Source of the DNA: Eledone cirrhosa
Lineage: Eukaryota
Direction: 5' to 3'
DNA length: 64,000 bases
Assembly: GCA_964016885.1 (NCBI GenBank)
Contig: OZ024740.1
Coordinates: 434,992,001-435,056,000, forward strand
Part shown: in pieces, positions 15,001 to 22,299 of the stretch
Layout: each line of letters starts with the position of its first letter
Position numbering within the stretch: the stretch's first letter is position 1
Made by a program: the position numbers and the translations under genes
Notes under the pieces: generated by a model
Told to the model about the DNA's origin: nothing
The model's database searches: none
The model's input: the letters and a program-made list of their open reading frames with translations, nothing else

Positions 15001-16143
15001 ATATGAAAGGTGGCACTGTGGGAAATTGTTTTAATGGAACCAACTGAAGTATATGAAAGGTGGCACTGTGGGAAATTGTTTTAATGGAACCAATTGAAGA
15101 ATATGATAGATGGCGCTGTGGGAAATTGTTTTAATGGAACCAACAGAAGTATATGATAGGTGGCACTGTGGGAAACTGTTTTAATGGAACCAACTGAAGA
15201 ATATGATAGATGGCGCTGTGGGAAATTGTTTTAATGGAACCAACTGAAGTATATGATAGGTGGCACTGTGGGAAACTGTTTTAATGGAACCAACTGAAGA
15301 ATATGATAGATGGCGCTGTGGGAAATTGTTTTAATGGAACCAACAGAAGTATATGATAGATGGCGCTGTGGGAAACTGTTTTAATAGAACCAACTGAAGT
15401 ATATGATAGGTGGCGCTGTGGGTAACTGGTTTAATGGAACCAACTGAAGTATATGACAGGTGGCACTGTGGGAAACTGTTTTAATGGAACCAACTGATGT
15501 ATATGATAGGTGGCGCTGTGGGTAGCTGTTTTAATAGAACCAAGTGAAGTATATGATAGGTGGCGCTGTGGGAAACTGTTTTAATAGAACCAACTCAGGT
15601 ATATGATAGGTGGCGCTGTGGGAAACTGTTTTAATAGAACCAACTCAGGTATATGATAGGTGGCACTGTGGGTAACTGTTTTAATGGAACCAACTGAAGT
15701 ATATGATAGGTGGCGCTGTAGGAAACTGTTTTAATGGAACCAACAGAAGTATATGGTAGGTGGCGCTGTGGGAAACTGTTTTAATGGAACTAACTCGGGT
15801 ATATGGTAGGTGGCGCTGTGGGAAACTGTTTTAATAGAACCAACTGAAGTATATGATAGGTGGCGCTGTGGGTAACTGTTTTAATAGAACCAACTGAAGT
15901 ATATGATAGGTGGCGCTGTGGGTAACTGTTTTAATAGAACCAACTGAAATATATGATAGGTGGCGCTGTGGGAAACTGTTTTAATGGAACCAACCCAGGT
16001 ATATGATAGGTGGCGCTGTGGGTAACTGTTTTAATAGAACCAACTGAAGTATATGATAGGTGGCGCTGTGGGTAACTGTTTCAATAGAACCAACTGAAGT
16101 ATATGATAGGTGGCACTGTGGGTAACTGTTTTAATGGAACCAA
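1..16143. repeat. 50-bp tandem satellite, consensus GATAGGTGGCACTGTGGGAAACTGTTTTAATGGAACCAACTGAAGTATAT, ~320 copies, open at window start
   Basis: Exact 50-nt periodicity read directly. Variation is mostly substitutions, with rare 51-bp (CTCTTTCAAATGG) and 49-bp (~3845) units. Ends at ...GGAACCAA|TTATATA. Confidence 0.98.
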
Positions 16144-16273
16144 TTATATATAATTTTAAAGCTTATTTCACACAAGTGTGTAACATGCACCACTTTAAAG
16201 CTTATACCATGCTCATAATTAATGCTATGTAATTAATTTTTTTAATGTAAAATACATTTTTATCAATTTTCAG

Positions 16274-16415
16274 ATCGTTGAAGTTAAGATATCCAAACAA
16301 GATTTTCATCAAAGCTATTTCAATGAGTTTAAACTCTGCCACAGTGCAGCACAGACAGAAACATCAATGAAGTTTGGAGCCAAAGATATGTTTATGAAGA
16401 GGGAGCAACAGGGTA
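16274..16415 (+). mobile_element. Degenerate Tc1/mariner transposase N-terminal HTH fragment (frameshifted, truncated)
   Basis: Frame from 16274 gives IVEVKISKQDFHQSYFNEFKLCHSAAQT; after a frameshift near 16357 it gives RNINEVWSQRYVYEEGATG*. This resembles the recalled mariner N-terminus (Hsmar1/SETMAR-type FLFEFKMGRKAAETTRNINNAFG). No DD34D domain follows. Confidence 0.72.
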
Positions 16416-16545
16416 GAAGCAACTTACTGTATATACTCATAAACTAAGAAATATGTGACAATGATCAATGATTGACTTATATTTCAGGTCAATAAATTGA
16501 CTATTTTCACCAACTTCAAATTCTATATAATTGAGGTGTTAAATA

Positions 16546-16864
16546 TGGAGGTGAATATTACACCAGTTTCACTTTGGAGGTGAATATTACACCAGTTTCA
16601 CTTTGGAGGTGAATATTTCACCAGTTTCACTTTGGAGGTGAATATTACACCAGTTTCACCTTGGAGGTGAATATTTCACCAGTTTCACCTTGGAGGGGAA
16701 TATTTCACCAGTTTCACCTTGGAGGGGAATATTTCACCAGTTTCACCTTGGAGAGGAATATAACACCAGTTTCACCTTGGAGAGGAATATAACACCAGTT
16801 TCACTTTGGTGGGGAATATTACACCAGTTTCACTTTGGAGGGGAATATTACACTTGTTTCACTC
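16546..16864. repeat. 29-bp minisatellite TGGAGGTGAATATTACACCAGTTTCACTT, ~11 copies
   Basis: TGGAG recurs at 16546, 16575 and onward. Early units contain the inverted repeat GGTGAA-TAT-TTCACC. Confidence 0.96.
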
Positions 16865-16886
16865 CTAGTGTCAAATTATCGTAGTT

Positions 16887-17612
16887 CTGGTGCCAAAAAA
16901 TGTACTCAGTCCACACAGTAAAGTGGTAGTGCTGGTGTCACACAAGATTGTACTCAGTGTACTCTATATAGTGGGAGTGTTGGTTCCACAATGAAATGCA
17001 CCCAGTGTACTCTATAAAGTGGTAGTGCTGGTGTCACACAAGATTGCACCCAGTGTACTCTATATAGTGGCAGTGTTGGTGCCACAATAAAATGCACCCA
17101 GTGTACTCTATATAATGGGAGTGTTGGTGCCACAATAAAATGCACCCAGTGTACTGTATAATGGGAGTGTTGGTGCCACAATAAAATGCACCCAGTGTAC
17201 TGTATAATGGGAGTGTTGGTGCCACAATAAAATGCACCCAGTGTACTCTATATAGTGGCAGCGTTGGTGCCACAATAAAATGCACCCAGTGCACTATATA
17301 ATGGGAGTGTTGGTGCCACAATAAAATGCACCCAGTGCACTGTATAGTGGCAGTGTTGGTGCCACAATAAAATGCACCCAGTGTACTGTATAATGGGAGT
17401 GTTGGTGCCACAATAAAATGCACCCAGTGTACTGTATAGTGGCAGCGTTGGTGCCACAATAAAATGCACCCAGTGTACTCTATAATGGGAGTGTTGGTGC
17501 CACAATAAAATGCACCCAGTGTACTGTATAGTGGCAGCGTTGGTGCAACAATAACATGCACCCAGTGTACTCTATATAGTGGCAGCGTTGGTGCCACAAT
17601 AAAATGCACCAG
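16887..17612. repeat. 46-48-bp minisatellite (AGTGGCAGTGTTGGTGCCACAATAAAATGCACCCAGTGTACTCTATAT-type), ~15 copies, SINE-tail derived
   Basis: ATGGGAGTGTTGG at 17161 and 17207 gives a period of 46; length varies with the TA run. The unit aligns by eye to the reverse complement of 18157-18204. Confidence 0.95.
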
Positions 17613-17672
17613 GTACACATTGTGAAGTGGATAAAGAAGGTTATCAGGCTATAAAGACCTCACCAGAATGGA
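17613..17672 (+). mobile_element. Decayed SINE 3' tail remnant continuing from the last 46-mer unit
   Basis: TGTGAAGTGG..AAGAAGGTTATCAGGCTATAAAGACCTCACCAGAAT resembles TGTAAATGAGG..AGGAAGGGCATCCAGCTGTAGAAATCGAGCCAGAAT (minus strand of 18106-18160). Confidence 0.6.
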
Positions 17673-17829
17673 ATGTATGAACAAGACAAGAGTCATGTGA
17701 TCTGTTTAGCTTCAGAAGGTGATAATCTGTCTAACCAATACAAGCATGGAATATATGATGGTGATGATATATGTAATACATATTATGCAAACAATAATAA
17801 GGATTAGAAAAGAATAAAATAATATTAAC

Positions 17830-17883
17830 CTTTTCCAAATTGTCTATTCGTTGCCGTAGCAACCTATTTTCTGTTCTTAACCT
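17830..17883 (-). CDS. EVI5: Internal coding exon (54 nt, phase 0/0) of an EVI5/EVI5-like TBC-domain Rab-GAP, coiled-coil region: RLRTENRLLRQRIDNLEK
   Basis: On the minus strand, polypyrimidine tract TTTTTTCTTTCTTTTTACAG|AGG TTA AGA...GAA AAG|GTTAAT, canonical AG/GT, 18 whole codons. The peptide is near-identical to recalled human EVI5/EVI5L RLRTENRLLKQRIETLEK. Confidence 0.9.
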
Positions 17884-18010
17884 CTGTAAAAAGAAAGAAA
17901 AAATATAAGAATATATAAAAACAAGAGACAATATTGTGTTTATCAAAAACAATATATTGAAGTATATATTTCAGTAGGATATTATATTTAGTTTTATATA
18001 CTGACACAAT

Positions 18011-18050
18011 GTTGGTATATATAACGGGGGAGGAGGAAAAACTAGGATAT
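18011..18050. repeat. Left copy of ~40-bp direct repeat (SINE target-site duplication)
   Basis: GTTGGTATATATAACGGGGGAGGAGGAAAAACTAGGATAT; 38/40 identical to 18391-18430. Confidence 0.9.
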
Positions 18051-18379
18051 CATCATTTCATTTTACGTCCTCTTTTCCCTGCTTGCAAGGGTGGAACGGG
18101 AACTGATTCTGGCTCGATTTCTACAGCTGGATGCCCTTCCTAACACCAACCTCATTTACAGTGAGTGCTGGGTGCTTTTTTGCCGTGGCACCTACACGAC
18201 CACTTTGCAGTGGAATGATAGGGACCCCAGTCCCTATCATCTCATTTCTACAGCTGAGTAAACTGGAGCAATGTGAAATAAAGTGTCTTGCTCAAGGAAA
18301 CAACACATCACCCGGTCTGAGAATTGAACTGACAACCTTTCGATTGCAAGGCCAATGCTCTAACCACTAAGCCATGTGT
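18051..18379 (-). mobile_element. Full-length tRNA-derived SINE (tRNA head, central domain, LINE-like 3' tail ending in ATG-type short repeats)
   Basis: Minus-strand A box TGGCTTAGTGG (18374-18364) and B box GTTCAATTC (18329-18321). Central CCTTGAGCAAGACACTTTATTTCAC motif typical of invertebrate SINE cores. Tail ...AGGAAGGGCATCCAGCTGTAGAAA...GGACGTAAAATGAAATGATG. Flanked by direct repeats. Confidence 0.88.
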
Positions 18380-18390
18380 ATATATATACT

Positions 18391-18430
18391 GTTGGTGTAT
18401 ATAACAGGGGAGGAGGAAAAACTAGGATAT
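18391..18430. repeat. Right copy of ~40-bp direct repeat (SINE target-site duplication)
   Basis: GTTGGTGTATATAACAGGGGAGGAGGAAAAACTAGGATAT; 38/40 identical to 18011-18050. Confidence 0.9.
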
Positions 18431-18555
18431 ATACATACATACAAGCATATATTCATAAATATAAACCTGCACATATACATTCCCAAATAATTACAAATTT
18501 GCACACGTTCACACACAGACAGACAGACAAACATGTATAAATATACATACATATT
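18428..18555. repeat. Degenerate (TA)/(TACA)/(CA)/(CAGA) microsatellite mosaic
   Basis: ATACATACATAC, ACACACAGACAGACAGAC and ATATACATACAT runs. Confidence 0.75.
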
Positions 18556-18792
18556 CAGATATGAAAAGGAACCATGGATTATGACTTGACAATGTATAGT
18601 TAACCTCTTTAATACAATCCTGGTTCAGACCACACACAATTCTAAAGTGTTCTTTTCTCAATCAAAATATCCTGAGAAATTGGTCAAAGCTGGCATAACA
18701 TATCAACATATAAAGTTACAGAGATTTTATTGAACCCCTCCAATATCTTTATATTGAAAATAAACTGAAATATTCGCAGTTCAACTATTAAG

Positions 18793-21700
18793 TGGAGGGG
18801 TGTGGTCTAGTGGTAAGGGTGTTCTGTGGAGGTGTGTGGTGTAGTGGTAAGGGTGTTCTGTGGAGGGGTGTGGTCTAGTGGTAAGGGTGTTCTGTGAAGG
18901 GGTGTGGTCTAGTGGTAAGGGTGTTCTGTGGAGGGGTGTGGTCTAGTGGTAAGGGTGTTGTGGAGGGGTGTGGTGTAGGGGTAAGGGTGTGGTGTAGTGG
19001 TAAGGATGTTCTGTGGAGAGGTGTGGTATAGTGGTGTGTTCTGTGGAGGGGTGTGGTCTAGTGGTAAGGATGTTCTGTGGAAGGGTTTGGTGTAGTGGTA
19101 AGGGTGTTCTGTGGAGGGGTGTGGTGTAGTGGTAAGGATGTTCTGTGGAAGGGTTTGGTGTAGTGGTAAGGGTGTTCTGTGGAGGGGTGTGGTGTAGTGG
19201 TAAGGGTGTTCTGTGGAGGGGTGTGGTGTAGCGGTAAGGGTGTTCTGTGGAGGTGTGGTGTAGTGGTAAGGGTGTTCTGTGGAGGGGTGTGGTCTAGTGG
19301 TAAGGGTGTTGGGGAGGTGTGTGGCTCGTGGTAAGGGTGTTCTGTGGAGGTGTGTGGTGTAGTGGTAAGGGTGTTGGGGAGGTGTGTGGCTCGTGGTAAG
19401 GGTGTTCTGTGGAGGTGTGTGGTGTAGTGGTAAGGGTGTTGGGGAGGTGTGTGGCTCGTGGTAAGGGTGTTCTGTGGAAGGGTTTGGTGTAGTGGTAAGG
19501 GTGTTCTGTGGAGGGGTGTGGTCTAGTGGTAAGGGTGTACTGTGGAAGGGTGTGGTGTAGTGGTAAGGGTGTTCTGTGGAGAGGTGTGGTGTAGTGGTAA
19601 GGGTGTTCTGTGGAGGTGTGGTGTAGTGGTAAGGGTGTTCTGTGGAGGTGTGGTGTAGTGGTAAGGGTGTTCTGTGGAGGGGTGTGGTCTAGTGGTAAGG
19701 ATGTTCTGTGGAAGGGTGTGGTGTAGTGGTAAGGGTGTACTGTGGAAGGGTGTGGTGTAGTGGTAATGCTGTTCTGTGGAGGGGTGTGGTGTAGTGGTAA
19801 GGCTGTGCTGTGGAGGGGTGTGGTGTAGTGGTAAGGCTGTGCTGTGGAGGGGTGTGGTGTAGTGGTAAGGGTGTTCTGTGGAGGGGTGTGGTCTAGTGGT
19901 AAGGTTGTTCTGTTGAGGGGTGTGGTGTAGTGGTAAGGGTGTTCTGTGGAGGTGTGTGGTGTAGTGATAAGGGTGTTGGGGAGGTGTGTGGCTCGTGGTA
20001 AGGGTGTTCTGTGGAGAGGTGAGGTGTAGTGGTGTGTTATGTGGAGGGGTGTGGTGTAGTGGTAAGGATGTTCTGTGGAAGGGTGTGGTGTAGTGGTAAG
20101 GATGTTCTGTGGAGGGGTGTGGTGTAGTGGTAAGGCTGTGCTGTGGAGGGGTGTGGTGTAGTGGTAAGGGTGTTCTGTGGAGGGGTGTGGTCTAGTGGTA
20201 AGGTTGTTCTGTTGAGGGGTGTGGTGTAGTGGTAAGGGTGTTCTGTGGAGGTGTGTGGTGTAGTGATAAGGGTGTTGGGGAGGTGTGTGGCTCGTGGTAA
20301 GGGTGTTCTGTGGAGAGGTGAGGTGTAGTGGTGTGTTATGTGGAGGGGTGTGGTGTAGTGGTAAGGATGTTCTGTGGAAGGGTGTGGTGTAGTGGTAAGG
20401 ATGTTCTGTGGAGGGGTGTGGTGTAGTGGTAAGGGTGTTCTGTGGAGGGGTGTGGTCTAGTGGTAAGGCTGTACTGTGGAGGGGTGTGGTGTAGTGGTAA
20501 GGGTGTACTGTGGAAGGGTGTGGTGTAGTGGTAAGGGTGTTCTGTGGAGGTGTGGTGTAGTGGTAAAGGTGTTCTGTGGAGGGGTGTGGTCTAGTGGTAA
20601 GGATGTTCTGTGGAAGGGTGTGGTGTAGTGGTAAGGGTGTACTGTGGAAGGGTGTGGTGTAGTGGTAATGCTGTTCTGTGGAGGGGTGTGGTGTAGTGGT
20701 AAGGGTGTTCTGTGGAGGTGTGGTGTAGTGGTAAGGGTGTACTGTGGAAGGGTGTGGTGTAGTGGTAAGGGTGTACTGTGGAAGGGTGTGGTGTAGTGGT
20801 AAGGTTGTTCTGTTGAGGGGTGTGGTGTAGTGGTAAGGGTGTTCTGTGGAGGTGTGGTGTAGTGGTAAGGGTGTTCTGTGGAAGGGTGTGGTGTAGTGGT
20901 AAGGGTGTACTGTGGAAGGGTGTGGTGTAGTGGTAATGCTGTTCTGTGGAGGGGTGTGGTGTAGTGGTAAGGGCGTTCTGTGGAGGGGTGTGGTCTAGTG
21001 GTAAGGCTGTACTGTGGAGGGGTGTGGTGTAGTGGTAAGGGTGTACTGTGGAAGGGTGTGGTGTAGTGGTAAGGTTGTTCTGTTGAGGGGTGTGGTGTAG
21101 TGGTAAGGATGTTCTGTGGAGGGGTGTGGTGTAGTGGTAAGGATGTTCTGTGGAGGGGTGTGGTGTAGTGGTAAGGGTGTTCTGTGGAGGTGTGGTGTAG
21201 TGGTAAGGGTGTTTTGGAGGGGTGTGGTGTAGTGGTAAGGGTGTTCTGTGGAGGTGTGGTGTAGTGGTAAGGGTGTTCTGTGGAGGGGTGTGGTGTAGTG
21301 GTAAGGGTGTTCTGTGGAGGGGTGTGGTGTAGTGGTAAGGGTGTTCTGGGCAGGTGTGTGGTGTAGTGGTAAGGATGTTCTGTGGAGGGGTGTGGTGTAG
21401 TGGTAAGGGTGTTCTGTGGAGGTGTGGTGTAGTGGTAAGGGTGTTTTGGAGGGGTGTGGTGTAGTGGTAAGGGTGTTCTGTGGAGGTGTGTGGTCTAGTG
21501 GTAAGGGTGTTCTGTGGAGGTGTGTGATGTAGTGGTAAGGGTGTTCTGTTGAGGGGTGTGGTGTAGTGGTAAGGGTGTTGTGGAGGTGTGGTGTAGTGGT
21601 AAGGGTGTTCTGTTGAGGGGTGTGGTGTAGTGGTAAGGGTGTTCTGTGGAGGTGTGGTGTAGTGGTAAGGGTGTTCTGTGGAGGGGTGTGGTGTAGTGGT

Positions 21701-22299
21701 AAGGGTGTTCTGTGGAGGTGTGTGGTGTAGTGGTAAGGGTGTTCTGTGGAGGTGTGTGTAGTGGTAAGGGTGTTCTGTGGAGGTGTGTGTAGTGGTAAGG
21801 GTGTTGTGGAGGTGTGTGGTGTAGTGGTAAGGGTGTTCTGTGGAGGGGTGTGGTGTAGTGGTAAGGGTGTTGTGGAGGTGTGTGGTGTAGTGGTAAGGGT
21901 GTTGTGGAGGTGTGTGGTGTAGTTGTAAGGGTGTTCTGTGGTGGGGTGTGGTGTAGTGGTAAGGGTGTTGTGGAGGTGTGTGGTGTAGTGGTAAGGGTGT
22001 TGTGGAGGTGTGTGTTGTAGTGGTAAGGGTGTTCTGTGGAGGTGTGTGATGTAGTGGTAAGGGTGTTGTGGAGGTGTGTGTTGTAGTGGTAAGGGTGTTC
22101 TGTGGAGGTGTGTGGTCTAGTGGTAAGGCTGTTCTGTGGAGGGGTGTGGTGTAGTGGTAAGGGTGTTCTGTGGAGGGGTGTGGTGTAGTGGTAAGGGTGT
22201 TGTGGAGGTGTGTGGTGTAGTGGTAAGGGTGTTCTGTGGAGGGGTGTGGTGTAGTGGTAAGGCTGTTCTGTGGAGGGGTGTGATGTAAGGGTGTTCTGT
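18793..22299. repeat. G/T-rich 34-bp satellite TGGAGGGGTGTGGT(C/G)TAGTGGTAAGGGTGTTCTG, ~105 copies (30-34-bp variants)
   Basis: TGGAGG at 18793 and 18827. Frequent 2-bp deletions. Extreme G skew on the + strand. Confidence 0.97.

Noticed and set aside
16274-16447. Plus-strand host exon after TTTTCAG at 16273
   Set aside because: It is acceptor-like, but the peptide is better explained as a frameshifted mariner relic and lies opposite to the EVI5 strand.
16421-16450. Possible 16-nt minus-strand micro-exon (TTCTTAG|TTTATGAGTATATACA|GTAAGT)
   Set aside because: Frame-disrupting length, weak pyrimidine tract and no resemblance to the expected next EVI5 residues (ESAxLADRLIQ); likely chance.
16690-17618. 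ORFs of 64-194 aa with repeated HWVHFIVAPTLPLY and GEEYNTSF motifs
   Set aside because: They lie wholly within the 29-bp and 46-48-bp minisatellites. Unit lengths mostly break frame and several frames are open, as expected for non-coding repeats.
17731-17952. 73-aa ORF as a complete gene
   Set aside because: Only the central 18 codons are conserved and bounded by AG/GT. The hydrophobic flanks are translated intron, including the polypyrimidine tract.
18305-18379. Functional tRNA gene
   Set aside because: A and B boxes are present but no convincing acceptor stem or cloverleaf, and it continues into a SINE body bounded by TSDs.
18131-18552. 79-aa and 61-aa ORFs
   Set aside because: They are the antisense reading of the SINE and a translation of microsatellite sequence.
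18600-18790. Possible TTAA-flanked MITE end (TTAACCTCTTT...)
   Set aside because: No matching inverted terminus or second TTAA boundary could be identified with confidence.
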